From positions 224,001-288,000 of the forward strand of contig CBDCRP010000003.1 in assembly GCA_965221165.1 (NCBI GenBank): a DNA stretch of 64,000 nt, written 5' to 3'. This DNA comes from a bacterium (GTDB taxonomy: Bacteria; UBA8248). The notes beneath the pieces are model-generated. The model had not been told where the DNA came from and did not search any database. It saw only the letters and a program-made list of their open reading frames with translations. Below are positions 1 through 10,918 of the stretch, piece by piece (position 1 is the first letter of the stretch; each line of letters opens with the position of its first letter). The translations under genes were made by a program, and so were the position numbers.

Positions 1-1092
1 ATCATCTCCAATAACTTCATGTATTACATTAAATAATCCGGGCAGAGATTGCAATTCCGATTCATGAAGTCCGGAAATCGCGCCCGGAGCCTGCGCATCC
101 CCTACCACCAGGGGCGCCAAAAAATACAGGAGACGATCCGCCAAACCCTCACGAATGAAAGAACCGTGAACCCGCCCGCCGCCCTCTACTAGAATATGAC
201 GAACGCCGCGATTTCCCAACACCCCTAGAAGCGGGGCGAGAGATACCCGGCCTTGTAAGTCCGCTTCCACCCGAACGACCTCCGCACCCGCCTCGCGCAG
301 GGCCTTTTCCTTGGCCGGAGGCGCTGCTTCCATCGCCGCAACGATGGTGGAGCTGCCTTGCAGCGGGGCCAGCACCCGGGCTTTGGGAGGGGTCCTGAGC
401 ATTGAATCCAGGACAACTCTCGTCAACGGCTTGCCCGGGACTCCATCGGGCCGCGCAGTGAGTAACGGGTCGTCCTCGATCACCGTCTCCACGCCCACCA
501 GAATGGCGTCCGCCTTATTCCTGAAATGATGGCCCGCATTTCTCGCCGCCTCGCCCGTTATCCACCTGCTTTGCCCGCTTCGTGTAGCGATTTTCCCGTC
601 CAGACTCGCAGCGGCCTTCAGGGTAAGGAAGGGGCGACCACGCTTCCACCAGTGAAAATAGACTTCATTCCGGCGCACCGCCTCCTCGGCCATTATACCA
701 ATTTCCACCCCGACGCCATGCGCGCGCAGGTGCGCAAATCCTTTGCCGGACACTTGCGGGTTCGGGTCCGAGACGGCGGCGATGACGTGAGAAACGCCCG
801 CGTCCACCACGAAAGGCGCGCAAGGGGGCGTTCTGCCTTGGTGAGAACATGGCTCCAGGGTGAGGATTAAAACGCCGCCTCGCGCACGGTCGCCCGCTTC
901 TTGTAAGGCCAAGACTTCCGCGTGCGGCTCCCCTGCCTTCCGGTGCCAGCCCCGGCCCACGACCTCTGCGCCGGAATCGAGAACGACGGCTCCGACGAGC
1001 GGGTTGGGACTCGTCATTCCCTCCGCGCGCGCCGCGAGAGACAGGGCTTCGGCCATCAACTCGTTTTTCCGCTCGGCGGAGAGGTGGACCAT
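1..1092 (-). CDS. ribD: Bifunctional riboflavin biosynthesis deaminase/reductase RibD, 3' end runs off the window
   Basis: Manual translation (absent from ORF track because no stop in window): MVHLSAERKNELMAEALSLAARAEGMTSPNPLVGAVV...PHAEV...TLEPCSHQGRTPPC...LKAAASLDGKIATRSGQSRWIT...LVEGGG; HAE and PC-x8-PC zinc deaminase motifs plus reductase motifs. Confidence 0.95.
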   Translation of the reverse strand, partial: MVHLSAERKNELMAEALSLAARAEGMTSPNPLVGAVVLDSGAEVVGRGWHRKAGEPHAEVLALQEAGDRARGGVLILTLEPCSHQGRTPPCAPFVVDAGVSHVIAAVSDPNPQVSGKGFAHLRAHGVGVEIGIMAEEAVRRNEVYFHWWKRGRPFLTLKAAASLDGKIATRSGQSRWITGEAARNAGHHFRNKADAILVGVETVIEDDPLLTARPDGVPGKPLTRVVLDSMLRTPPKARVLAPLQGSSTIVAAMEAAPPAKEKALREAGAEVVRVEADLQGRVSLAPLLGVLGNRGVRHILVEGGGRVHGSFIREGLADRLLYFLAPLVVGDAQAPGAISGLHESELQSLPGLFNVIHEVIGDD

Positions 1093-1108
1093 CAAAAGGG
1101 AATCTCGC

Positions 1109-3760
1109 TCAATGGATTTCGACCGTTTGGTATGAACCGTGCGTTACAGTCGCCTGGGCGGCGGCGAGCCTCGCAATCGGCGCCCGGTACGGAGCGCAGG
1201 AGACGTAATCCATTTTCATCATGTGGCAAAATTCAACCGACGTGGGTTCACCGCCATGCTCCCCGCAAATGCCCACCTCGAGATCCTTCCGTCTCGCACG
1301 GCCGCGCTCCATGCCGATCTGCACCATCTCGCCCACTCCCTCACGATCAACGGCCACGAAGGGATCTCTGGGAATCAATTCCTTTTCGATGTACCTGGGC
1401 AGGAACCAGCCCGCGTCATCGCGGCTCAGACCATAGGTAAGCTGGGTCAGATCGTTCGTGCCGAAACTGAAGAATTCCGCACTATCGGCAATTTCTCCCG
1501 CCAGGAGACAGGCCCTGGGAATTTCGATCATCGTGCCCGTGAGGTAGCGGGGCGTGACGCCTTTTTCTTCGATTACCTTCCCGGCGATGTCGTGCACGAT
1601 GTCGCGATTGAACTCCCATTCCCCTATGCCGGAGGTGAGAGGAATCATGATTTCAGGCAACACGTCCACGCCCCGCGATTTCATTTCACAGGCCGCCTCG
1701 ATGATGGCGCGCACCTGCATTTCGGCGATTTCGGGATACGTGACCACCAGACGACAGCCGCGGTGGCCCAGCATCGGGTTCTGCTCTTCGGTCGCTTCGG
1801 TGGCGTGGCGCACCGCGTCGAGGCCTACGCCCAACAACCTGGCCACATGCTCCATGTCTTCTTCCGTCTTGGGCAAAAATTCGTGAAGCGGCGGATCCAA
1901 GAGCCTGATCGTCACTGGCCTTTCTTTCATCACTTCGAAGATGCCGATGAAATCCTCGCGCTGCATGGGCAGGAGATGATCCAGCGCATCTCGCCTGTCT
2001 TCCTCCGTAGTCGCCAGAATCATCGCGCGCACGTAATCGATGCGCTCCCCCTCGAAGAACATATGCTCCGTCCGGCACAGGCCGATTCCCTCGCAGCCGA
2101 ATTTGAGAGCCGCCTTGCTATCCGTCACCGTGTCGGCGTTCGCGCGAACGCCCAAGGTTCTAATCTCATCCGCCCATTCCATCAGGGTGGCGAAATCCCC
2201 CGAAAGCTCGGGTTGCTTGAGTTTCGCCTCGCCCAGAATCACCTCTCCGGTAGTTCCGTTCAAGGAAATGAAATCGCCCTCCAATACCGTTTCGCCGTTC
2301 ACGCGAATAACCTTCTCATCCCCCTTTACGTTCAGGGCGCTGCAGCCGGTGACGCAGCATTTGCCCATCTGCCTCGCGACGACGGCCGCATGCGAGGTGA
2401 GCCCGCCCCGCGCCGTGAGGATGCCCTGAGAAACGTTCATCCCGTTGATGTCTTCGGGGCTCGTCTCCTGGCGCACCAGGATAACGGGTTCTCCCGCCTC
2501 CGCCCGCTCCACCGCATCCGTGGCGGTGAACACCACCCGGCCCACGGCGGCGCCCGGCGATGCGGCCAGGCCCGTGGCCACCACTTTCAACTCCCCTTCC
2601 ACGTCGATCATCGGATGCAGCAGCTGGTCAAGACTATCGGGGTCCACCATCTTCAAAGCGGTTCGCCTGTCTATCATGCCTTCCCTCACCAACTGGATGG
2701 CGATTCGCACGGCCGCCGCCGCAGTCCGCTTTCCGTTCCTCGTCTGGAGCATGAAAAGGCGCCCGTTCTGAATCGTGAACTCCATGTCCTGCATATCTTT
2801 GTAATGGGCTTCGAGCTTTTCGGTAATTCTTTCAAATTCCTCATAACATTCGGGCATCTTTCCCTTGAGGTTCTCGATGGGCTCGGGCGTCCTGATACCC
2901 GCCACCACGTCCTCGCCCTGGGCGTTGAAGAGAATCTCGCCATAGAGCTTATTCTCGCCGGTGGCGGGGTTCCGCGAAAAAGCGACCCCGGTGCCGCAAT
3001 CCTCTCCCATGTTGCCATACACCATGCACTGCACGTTGACGGCGGTGCCCCAGTCGTGGGGAATGTGATACAGCCGGCGGTAGGTGAAAGCGCGATCGTT
3101 GTTCCAGGACTTGAACACCGCTTCGATGGCCAGACGCAGTTGCTCGTAAGGGTCCTGGGGGAAACTCGAACCCGTCTTCTCTTTCACGAGGGCGGCGTAT
3201 TCATCCACCAGTTCGGCCAGATCGTCCGCCGTCAGGTCCAAATCGGAAGCGGCCCCCTTGCGTTGTTTCATCGCCTCGATCTTCGATTCAAAATCGTGGT
3301 GCTCCATCTCGAGAACCACGTTCCCGAACATGTTGATGAACCTGCGGTAGCTGTCGTACGCAAAACGGCGGCTGCCCGATTTTTTTTCGAGAGCGACGAC
3401 CGTCTCGTCGTTCATCCCCAAATTCAGGACGGTATCCATCATGCCCGGCATCGAATCGCGCGCCCCGGAGCGTACACTCACCAAGAGCGGGTTTTCATCG
3501 CCGCCGAATTGCGTCCCCATCGCGTCTTCCAGGCGCGCCATCTGCTCCTTCACGCCCTCCCAGAGACCCGAGGGAAACTCGCTTTGTTCCAGGTAATCGA
3601 CGCAAACCTGCGTCGTGATGGTGAAACCCGGCGGCACGGGGATGTCCAGGCTCGCCATTTCCGCCAAGTTCGCGCCCTTACCTCCCAGCAGATTGCGCAT
3701 GCCGGCGCTTCCATCGGTCCGCCCGGCGCCAAAGGAATAAATCATCTTCTCCGTCATCAC
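1109..3760 (-). CDS. ppdK: Pyruvate, phosphate dikinase
   Basis: LLGGKGANLAEM, SVRSGARDSMPGMMDT, TSHAAVVAR phospho-His, GLCRTEHMFF, FSFGTNDLTQ; 883 aa. Confidence 0.98.
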   Translation of the reverse strand: MMTEKMIYSFGAGRTDGSAGMRNLLGGKGANLAEMASLDIPVPPGFTITTQVCVDYLEQSEFPSGLWEGVKEQMARLEDAMGTQFGGDENPLLVSVRSGARDSMPGMMDTVLNLGMNDETVVALEKKSGSRRFAYDSYRRFINMFGNVVLEMEHHDFESKIEAMKQRKGAASDLDLTADDLAELVDEYAALVKEKTGSSFPQDPYEQLRLAIEAVFKSWNNDRAFTYRRLYHIPHDWGTAVNVQCMVYGNMGEDCGTGVAFSRNPATGENKLYGEILFNAQGEDVVAGIRTPEPIENLKGKMPECYEEFERITEKLEAHYKDMQDMEFTIQNGRLFMLQTRNGKRTAAAAVRIAIQLVREGMIDRRTALKMVDPDSLDQLLHPMIDVEGELKVVATGLAASPGAAVGRVVFTATDAVERAEAGEPVILVRQETSPEDINGMNVSQGILTARGGLTSHAAVVARQMGKCCVTGCSALNVKGDEKVIRVNGETVLEGDFISLNGTTGEVILGEAKLKQPELSGDFATLMEWADEIRTLGVRANADTVTDSKAALKFGCEGIGLCRTEHMFFEGERIDYVRAMILATTEEDRRDALDHLLPMQREDFIGIFEVMKERPVTIRLLDPPLHEFLPKTEEDMEHVARLLGVGLDAVRHATEATEEQNPMLGHRGCRLVVTYPEIAEMQVRAIIEAACEMKSRGVDVLPEIMIPLTSGIGEWEFNRDIVHDIAGKVIEEKGVTPRYLTGTMIEIPRACLLAGEIADSAEFFSFGTNDLTQLTYGLSRDDAGWFLPRYIEKELIPRDPFVAVDREGVGEMVQIGMERGRARRKDLEVGICGEHGGEPTSVEFCHMMKMDYVSCAPYRAPIARLAAAQATVTHGSYQTVEIH

Positions 3761-3901
3761 CTACATCCTCCCGCGCCGCTCGCGCGCATCACAATGGTTA
3801 CAGATGTTAAAAAACCGCTCCGGTTACTCTGTTGTCCTGTTCTTTATCACGCCTTCGGCCTCACCCGTCGGGACGCCGGCTGCGCCCTTAAAGCTGCCTG
3901 A

Positions 3902-6091
3902 TTATACCCTGCGAATTTTCGTGAAATCCGCAATCGGCGAAAACAGCGCGCCCACGCCGCTCATCAGCGCAAGACGGTTTTTTCGCAAGGCGGCATCCTC
4001 GGCCATCACCATCACCTCATCGAAAAAATCATCCACCACGGGCCGGATTTCAGCAATCGAGGACGTCGCCGAAACATACGCCTCCTCCAAGGAGGCGGCA
4101 TCTCCCGCCCGGACGTTCGTCAAGGCTGCCTCCACTGCTTCTGAAACCTTGCCCAAAGATGCGTTCAGCTTCTTCTCGGCGCCGTCCGCGAGGAGCCGCG
4201 CATCCAGGCTGTCCGCCGCATCATGCCTACCTTCCTCTTTCGCCTGGCGGATGATGTTGCTCACCCGCCTGAAGGTCGTCGTGAGCGGCTCGAAGGTTTC
4301 CTCACTCGACGCCAAGCGCTCCAGGGCGCGGAGACGCGCCCGCGCGTCCATCACGTCGCGCCAGCCCGAGTCGTCTCCCGCCGCGAGCACCGCTTCCACC
4401 AGATCGCCGCGCGCGCCGCCGCGCGAGAGATGAGCGGACACCCTGTTGCGCAGAAAACCCAAAATACTTTTCGACGCCTCGGCGTAGGCTTCTTTGAACT
4501 TATCCTCCAGAGGCTCGCTCGCCATCTCCACCCATTCGGGCAAGGAGATTCCAAAGCTCTTGTCCTCCAGGATGAGCAAAATCGCGTTGGCCGCGCGCCT
4601 GAGCGCATAAGGGTCCTCGGAACCGCTGGGCAGGTAGCCCAGACCCACCATGCCGACGATGGTATCCATCCTGTCGGCGAGACCCACGATGGCGCCCGCA
4701 CGGCCGCCCGGGAGGTCGTCTCCCTCGCCCCTGGGCAGGTAATGCTCATATATGGCGCGGGATACCGCCTCGTCCCTGCCCTCGCGCTCGGCATAGCGCC
4801 GCCCCATGACGCCCTGAAGCTCGGGAAATTCATACACCATGCCGCTGGTCAAATCCGCCTTACACAAAAAGGCCGCCTCGTCCACGGCTTTCGCCAAAGC
4901 GCCATCGCCCGGCGCGAGTTTTTCGCACATCCATGCGCTCAGGCGCCTGAAGCGCTCGACCTTGTCCCAACTCGTGCCCAGCCTCGGGTGATAGACGACG
5001 CCCTTGAGCCCCTCCGCCATGTCGACGAGAGGCGTTTTGAGGTCCTGGCTCCAGTAGAAATCCGCATCCTCCAGCCTCGCGCGCACGACGCGCTCATATC
5101 CTTTTCGCACCACGCCCATGTCCCTCGCCCGCGTGTTGCTCACGCCGATGAAGGAGGGAATGAGCCGCTCTCCTCCCTTTTCCCTGAGCGCAAAGCACCT
5201 TTGGTGCACCTCCAGGGTGGAGATGATGACCTCATCGGGCAGGTCCAGAAATTTCTCATCGAACCCGCACGCCACCGGAAACGGCCATTCGACCAGATGC
5301 GCCACCTTCTCCACCAAGCGCTCCACGGCCTCCGCATCCGCCGCGGGTTCGCCGCCCTCTGATTCCGCGGCCTCCAGAACGCCTGCGCGCACCATGGGGA
5401 TGCGCCCGCCACCAGATCCGTCATCGACAAAGGGCTCCACATTATTCTCATGTAGAACATCAATATATTTCTGAAAACTATTGATATCGAATATATAATT
5501 TGCATGAAATCTGTGGCCATAAGTCTCCGGCCCGAAGCACGGAAGCGACTCGTCTTCACCCGGTGCAGGACCATCGACGCACTCTTGTCCATAGAGGGCC
5601 AAAATCCACTGCACGGGCCGGACGAAGGAAAATTTACCGGCTCCCCACCGCATGGACTTAGGAGACGGCAACTCCCTGATGAGTTTCGTCAGCAAAGGCC
5701 CCAAAACGGCCTTGGCCTCCTGCCCTAAGTCTTCTCTAAAATACATCAGGCGCGCACCCTTGGGCGTATCCACCTCCTTGAGCTCGGCCACGGCCACTCC
5801 ATTCGTCCTGGCGAAGCCGAGGGCCGCTTTCGTCGGATTCCCGTCCCCATCGAATGCGTTCTTGACGGGGGGACCCAGGATTTCCTCCCGAAGCGGCTTT
5901 TGACGCTCCGCCAGATCGGCCACATGCAAAACGAGCCTTCTGGGCGTCCCGAACGTCTCCAGGCCCTCGAAATCCAGGCGCGCCTCGACAAACGCCGCCT
6001 CGGCCCGATCCTTGAGAGCCGCTATCATCCCCGGCATGTAGGTGGAGGGAATCTCCTCGGTTCCGATTTCAAAAACAAGCTCTTTGCCCAA
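3902..6091 (-). CDS. glyS: Glycine--tRNA ligase beta subunit
   Basis: FEIGTEEIP, TPRRL, MRWG, EFPELQGVMG, DPYALRR, C-terminal DALR-like region; adjacent to glyQ. Confidence 0.97.
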   Translation of the reverse strand: MGKELVFEIGTEEIPSTYMPGMIAALKDRAEAAFVEARLDFEGLETFGTPRRLVLHVADLAERQKPLREEILGPPVKNAFDGDGNPTKAALGFARTNGVAVAELKEVDTPKGARLMYFREDLGQEAKAVLGPLLTKLIRELPSPKSMRWGAGKFSFVRPVQWILALYGQECVDGPAPGEDESLPCFGPETYGHRFHANYIFDINSFQKYIDVLHENNVEPFVDDGSGGGRIPMVRAGVLEAAESEGGEPAADAEAVERLVEKVAHLVEWPFPVACGFDEKFLDLPDEVIISTLEVHQRCFALREKGGERLIPSFIGVSNTRARDMGVVRKGYERVVRARLEDADFYWSQDLKTPLVDMAEGLKGVVYHPRLGTSWDKVERFRRLSAWMCEKLAPGDGALAKAVDEAAFLCKADLTSGMVYEFPELQGVMGRRYAEREGRDEAVSRAIYEHYLPRGEGDDLPGGRAGAIVGLADRMDTIVGMVGLGYLPSGSEDPYALRRAANAILLILEDKSFGISLPEWVEMASEPLEDKFKEAYAEASKSILGFLRNRVSAHLSRGGARGDLVEAVLAAGDDSGWRDVMDARARLRALERLASSEETFEPLTTTFRRVSNIIRQAKEEGRHDAADSLDARLLADGAEKKLNASLGKVSEAVEAALTNVRAGDAASLEEAYVSATSSIAEIRPVVDDFFDEVMVMAEDAALRKNRLALMSGVGALFSPIADFTKIRRV

Positions 6092-6103
6092 ACCCGAAGC
6101 CCC

Positions 6104-7072
6104 CTAACCCTTCACCGCTTTTACTTTCGCCTCGTATTGCGCGGCGTAGAGGGCGAGATGCTCCCTACGCTGCGCATCGTCCCTGATCAGAGGGAAACCG
6201 GCCTCATAGCGAGACTTGAGATAGCTCTCGGCGCACGCGCGCGCCATTTTTCTGATTCTGCCGATATAGCGCGCCCGCTCGCTCACGCTGATGGCGCCTC
6301 GCGCATCCAGAAGATTAAAGGTGTGCGAGCACTTGAGCGCGTGATCGTAGGCGGGAAACGTGAGGCCCTTCTCCACGAGGCGCAATCCTTCCGCCTCGTA
6401 TTTATCAAAAATGTCGAAATGAATGGTTACGTCCGCCTCATCGAAATTATAGTGGCTGAACTCCACTTCCGTCTGGTGATGCACGTCGGCGTATCTGACG
6501 ACTCCACCATCCGTATCTCGCGCCCATACGAGGTCGTACACGCTCTCCACCCCTTGTAGGTACATGGCGATGCGTTCGAGCCCGTAGGTCAACTCCGCGG
6601 ACACCAGGTCCAAATCCAGTCCGCCGGCCTGCTGGAAATACGTGAACTGCGTGACTTCCATGCCATCGAGCCACACCTCCCAGCCCAGTCCCCAGGCGCC
6701 GAGGTTCGGCGATTCCCAATCATCTTCGACAAAACGGATATCGTGCTCGAGCGGGTCGACGCCCAAACTCTTCAGGCTTTCGAGATACTGCTCCTGCACG
6801 TCGATGGGCGAGGGTTTCAGAATCACCTGGTACTGATAATAATGCTGGAGCCTGTTCGGGTTCTCCCCGTAGCGGCCGTCCGTGGGCCTCCTGCTGGGCT
6901 CGACGTAGGCCACCTTCCAGGGTTCGGGGCCGAGAGAGCGCAAAAAAGTGGCCGGGTTCATCGTGCCCGCGCCGACCTCGATGTCGTATGGCTGCTGGAT
7001 GACGCACCCTTTTTGAGACCAGTACCTCTCCAGCCCCATGATCACTTCCTGAAACGTCAACAGGTCGCTCAA
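6104..7072 (-). CDS. glyQ: Glycine--tRNA ligase alpha subunit
   Basis: [54 protein letters not shown]. Confidence 0.98.
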   Translation of the reverse strand: MSDLLTFQEVIMGLERYWSQKGCVIQQPYDIEVGAGTMNPATFLRSLGPEPWKVAYVEPSRRPTDGRYGENPNRLQHYYQYQVILKPSPIDVQEQYLESLKSLGVDPLEHDIRFVEDDWESPNLGAWGLGWEVWLDGMEVTQFTYFQQAGGLDLDLVSAELTYGLERIAMYLQGVESVYDLVWARDTDGGVVRYADVHHQTEVEFSHYNFDEADVTIHFDIFDKYEAEGLRLVEKGLTFPAYDHALKCSHTFNLLDARGAISVSERARYIGRIRKMARACAESYLKSRYEAGFPLIRDDAQRREHLALYAAQYEAKVKAVKG

Positions 7073-8277
7073 CCAATAAACTCCTTATGCAGCACGCGCA
7101 CCGAATTCTCGGAGTCCGCCTGACGAACCACGACGGATATGGAAATCTCGGAAGTCGAGATCATCATGATGTTGATGCGGCTTCTCGCCAATGCGGAGAA
7201 GACGCGCGCCGCCACGCCGGCCTGGCTCTTCATGCCTATGCCCACGACGGAGACTTTTGCGATCTCATCGTCGCGGGAGATGGCGGCGTCGCCCAGGGAT
7301 TCATGCGATTGATGCATGATGCGCTCCACCTCCCCCGCCATGTCGCTGTTCACCGTGATGGAGATGTCGGTCAGGCCGTTTTCGCTCACGTTCTGAACGA
7401 TCATGTCCACCATGATGGATTTCTCGGCCAACTGGCCGAACAAGGCGGCAGCGATGCCGGGCCTGTCGGGCACGCCGCTGACCGTGAGTTTCGATTGTTT
7501 CGAATCGCAGCTCACGCCGCGAACGGCGGGGGACTCGATTCCCGTCGACTCTGGAATGACCAATGTTCCCTCTCCTTCATCAAACGCGGAGCGGACGACG
7601 AGGGGAAGGTCGTATTTCGCCGCCAGATCCACAGAGCGCGCCTGCAACACTTTCGCGCCCAGGGACGCGAGTTCCATCATCTCCTCGAACGATATCTGCT
7701 CCAGGCGCTTCGCGTCGGGGACAAGGCGCGGATCCGCCGTGTATACCCCGTCCACATCGGTATAAATCTCACAGCGATCCGCTTCAAGCGCCGCGGCCAA
7801 CGCCACCGCGGTGAGGTCGGAGCCTCCGCGACCCAGCGTCGTCTCTTCGTCGAACTCATCGACTCCCTGAAAGCCTGCGGCAACGACCACCTTGCCTTCG
7901 TCGAGTTCCTTGATAATCCTCGCCGGGCGGATGGAACGCACGCGGGCCTGGGTATGAGAGCCCTCCGTGAGAATGCCCGCCTGTCCGCCCGTAAGGGATA
8001 TCGCGGGGATTCCGACCGCATCCAGGCCGATGGCCAAAAGCGAACTCGCTATGCGCTCCCCGGAGGTGAGCAACAAATCCATCTCCCGCCCCACCGGCTG
8101 AGGCGAGAGTTCATGCGCGAACCGGATCAGCTTGTCGGTTTCCCCCGCCATCGCGCTCACGACGACGATGATGCGTTCCCAGGAACTCCTCGCCGCCGAT
8201 ATGCGCTTCACCACGCCGCGAATTCTATCCAGGTCGGCCACCGAGGTGCCGCCGAATTTTTTTACGACCAGGCTCAT
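7069..8277 (-). CDS. lysC: Aspartate kinase
   Basis: [27 protein letters not shown], two C-terminal ACT domains. Confidence 0.97.
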   Translation of the reverse strand: MSLVVKKFGGTSVADLDRIRGVVKRISAARSSWERIIVVVSAMAGETDKLIRFAHELSPQPVGREMDLLLTSGERIASSLLAIGLDAVGIPAISLTGGQAGILTEGSHTQARVRSIRPARIIKELDEGKVVVAAGFQGVDEFDEETTLGRGGSDLTAVALAAALEADRCEIYTDVDGVYTADPRLVPDAKRLEQISFEEMMELASLGAKVLQARSVDLAAKYDLPLVVRSAFDEGEGTLVIPESTGIESPAVRGVSCDSKQSKLTVSGVPDRPGIAAALFGQLAEKSIMVDMIVQNVSENGLTDISITVNSDMAGEVERIMHQSHESLGDAAISRDDEIAKVSVVGIGMKSQAGVAARVFSALARSRINIMMISTSEISISVVVRQADSENSVRVLHKEFIG

Positions 8278-8287
8278 TTTTCCCCTA

Positions 8288-9538
8288 TCATTCTCTGAAC
8301 AATCGTTTTTTCACCGCATCAAGCGAATAGACGCGCTCCGCCCGCTCCAGTTCCTCGGAAAAACCGGCGGCCGAAATTTTTTGCTTCCCGTCGCCGCCGC
8401 GAATCATCCGCCAGAGACCCGCCAATCCGCGCGGTCGTTTCGGCGGTGTGAGATTCTTTCCATCAAAATCCGCCATCGCGAACGGAACCGCATCGGCGCT
8501 CCACTCCTGGGATTCCACGCTGAACCCATGATCCACCGCCACGAGGATACGGCACGGCTCGCTCAGGCCCTCCACCAGGGGCGACATGAACTCGGAGTCG
8601 AACCTCTCGATGGCCTCGATTTTCTCCTCCACCTCGCGCCAGGGGGATATATCGTCCACATCATGGAGCGAGAAGACGAAATCATGACTCGAGAGCGCCT
8701 CGCACACAGTGGCGGAAGCTTTCTCCCCCGGCTCATATACATCCGCACCCCCTAGTTTGGCAAAGCCCTTTGCCAGTTGCGAATCGGTTACCAGCGCCGA
8801 AGCCCGGCCTCCCGTCTTTTCCGAGATTCGCTCCACCTCTTCCGCGAGGCCGCCACCCCAAAGCCATACGGAGTTCGCCGCGAACATCCGGGTTTCCGCC
8901 TTTTCGTTCAACCCCGCATGGGTGGAGAGCACCATCTGGGAATCATTGACGAAATGAACGAAACGACGCGCCTCCTCCGCTAACGGCATGTGATCTCCGA
9001 TGGGCCTTCCGGCGATCGCATGCGGAGGCGAGAATCCGCGAAAAGATTCAGGGGAAAGCGGTGCGCCCGCACCCTTATAAAAGAGAAGCGCCTCGCAGCC
9101 GCCCAGGGATTCATAGCGGAAAGATTCGCCTTCGTCGGGTGGCATGTGCCGCTCCAGGTAAGCGATGAGTTCGCGGTTCTCCTCGTCCGTGACGCCGAAG
9201 CCCCTCGGGTCCAGCATGACGACGCTCGTGGCGCCGGGCTTCAGGCAGACGAAGTTGAGCCGGAAGACGGCTTCCCCCGCCTTGGGGAGAACGTCGGCTG
9301 CGGCGGCCAGCATCAATCCGGGTGACAAAGCGACGGAGGAGGCGAAAAAATTATTCAAGAAACCATCCAGAGAGGGATGCGCATCACCGTACGCAGTAGA
9401 CCAGGTCCCCGAAAACCCCGAACCCGCCAGGCGATCCAGCGCGGGCGTACGGGCCCTTTGCAAGGGCGTTTCGCCACCAAAGTCCGCCACTGGCCTGTCG
9501 GCGAGACCGCGCGCGAGAACCATCAGGATTTTCCGCAT
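8288..9538 (-). CDS. ApgM-like (cofactor-independent phosphoglycerate mutase / proposed homoserine kinase family) protein with degenerate metal sites
   Basis: GLADRP...GETPLQRARTPALDRLA N-terminus, ANSVWLWGGG, KIEAIERFD, VDH; located between hom and lysC; start placed at MRKILMV. Confidence 0.8.
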   Translation of the reverse strand: MRKILMVLARGLADRPVADFGGETPLQRARTPALDRLAGSGFSGTWSTAYGDAHPSLDGFLNNFFASSVALSPGLMLAAAADVLPKAGEAVFRLNFVCLKPGATSVVMLDPRGFGVTDEENRELIAYLERHMPPDEGESFRYESLGGCEALLFYKGAGAPLSPESFRGFSPPHAIAGRPIGDHMPLAEEARRFVHFVNDSQMVLSTHAGLNEKAETRMFAANSVWLWGGGLAEEVERISEKTGGRASALVTDSQLAKGFAKLGGADVYEPGEKASATVCEALSSHDFVFSLHDVDDISPWREVEEKIEAIERFDSEFMSPLVEGLSEPCRILVAVDHGFSVESQEWSADAVPFAMADFDGKNLTPPKRPRGLAGLWRMIRGGDGKQKISAAGFSEELERAERVYSLDAVKKRLFRE

Positions 9539-9563
9539 CAGGGATGAACTCTTGTCTGCTCGG

Positions 9564-10892
9564 TCACATGAACGCCATACCGTCTGATTCCACACGGATG
9601 AGAGCGTAAGCGGGCTGCACTACGTCGAGGCGGGAAATCTCCCCGAGCGCGGTTTGCATATTTTCCTCCGTCGCCTTATGGGTAAGCAGCACCAGGCGAG
9701 CGTAGCCGTCCTCGCCGGCTCGGCCTTTCTGGACGACGGTTTCGAGGCTGATGTCGTGCTCGCCGAAAACGCCGGAGATGCGGCTCAAGACCCCCGGCTT
9801 GTCCAGGGCCGCGAAACGGACGTAGAAGCGCGTTGAAATTTCCCGGGGCGTCAGGATGTCGAGGCGCGCGCGCTGGTCAGGCAAAAAAGCGGCGGCGGGA
9901 ATCCGCGAGTCGCCGCCATTCTCGATCCACCTCGCCACTTCGATGATGTCGCCCACCACGGCGGAAGCCGTGGCTTCTGAACCCGCGCCTTTACCGATGA
10001 AAACCTGAGGCCCTGCATTCGCCCCCGAGACGGCCACCGCATTATAGACTCCGCCCACCCGCGAGAGGGGGTGGTTTTCGGGAAGCATCGTCGGGTGAAC
10101 GCGGATATCGAGTTTGCCGTCCGTCTCTTGCGCCATGGCGATGAGCTTGATTCGGTAGCCAAGTTCCTTGGCGATGTCGATGTCGACGGAAGTAACGTGG
10201 CGTATCCCTTCCGTATGGTAATCCTCGACATCCACGGGCGTGCCATACGCCAGGTTCGCCAGAATCGCTATCTTGTGGGACGCATCGACGCCGTCGATAT
10301 CAAAAGCCGGGTCGGCCTCGGCGTAGCCGAGTTCCTGCGCGCGCTCGAGCGTCTCGCCGAAGTCCGCGCCCATTTCCGTCATCCGGCTCAGAATATAGTT
10401 GCACGTGCCGTTCAGAATGCCGGCGAGCCTTTCGATTCTATCCGCCGCGAAAGCCTCGCGTAAATTCCTGACTATCGGAATACCGCCCGCGACGGACGCC
10501 TCGAAACCCAGGGGACAGCCCGCCTTCTCCGCCGCGGCGAATATCTCCTCACCGTGGACGGCGAGCACAGCCTTGTTCGCGGTCACCACCGGCTTTTTCT
10601 TGCCGATCGCCCGAAGGATGTGCCGCCTGGCGTCGTCCGTACCGCCGATGAGTTCCGCGACCACGTGCACGTCGGGCGAGTCGATGACCGCCTCGAAATC
10701 CGTACCCAGATTCCCGGAAGCCACTCCGCGCGCCGTCTTGTTCTTGGTGAAGATGCTGCGGTCCGCGATTCTGGAGACGCACATTTCCACGCCGAGGCGT
10801 CTTTGGATCAACTCGCGCTGTTCATCGAGCAGATTCGCCACGCCGCTTCCGACCGTGCCCAAACCCAATATGCCGACGCAAATTTTCTTCAT
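9564..10892 (-). CDS. hom: Homoserine dehydrogenase (with C-terminal ACT domain)
   Basis: GLGTVGSG, VVTANKA, FEASVAGGIP, GILNGTCNYIL, GYAEADP, DKPGVL. Confidence 0.97.
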   Translation of the reverse strand: MKKICVGILGLGTVGSGVANLLDEQRELIQRRLGVEMCVSRIADRSIFTKNKTARGVASGNLGTDFEAVIDSPDVHVVAELIGGTDDARRHILRAIGKKKPVVTANKAVLAVHGEEIFAAAEKAGCPLGFEASVAGGIPIVRNLREAFAADRIERLAGILNGTCNYILSRMTEMGADFGETLERAQELGYAEADPAFDIDGVDASHKIAILANLAYGTPVDVEDYHTEGIRHVTSVDIDIAKELGYRIKLIAMAQETDGKLDIRVHPTMLPENHPLSRVGGVYNAVAVSGANAGPQVFIGKGAGSEATASAVVGDIIEVARWIENGGDSRIPAAAFLPDQRARLDILTPREISTRFYVRFAALDKPGVLSRISGVFGEHDISLETVVQKGRAGEDGYARLVLLTHKATEENMQTALGEISRLDVVQPAYALIRVESDGMAFM

Positions 10893-10918
10893 GTCCCTTG
10901 TCTCGATCAAGCGGCGGA

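Noticed and set aside
225-1135. Short ORFs listed by the track at the window start
   Set aside because: They overlap the real ribD frame (1-1092, minus), which the track missed.
1139-3901. 920-aa ORF antisense to ppdK, and similar long antisense ORFs (7087-8298, 10898-12409, 17350-19287, 19462-22029, 24689-26158, 62148-63929)
   Set aside because: Shadow ORFs expected from high-GC codon bias on the opposite strand; no recognisable motifs.
5440-5515. AT-rich patch inside glyS
   Set aside because: The frame is intact through a variable region; no sign of an insertion element.
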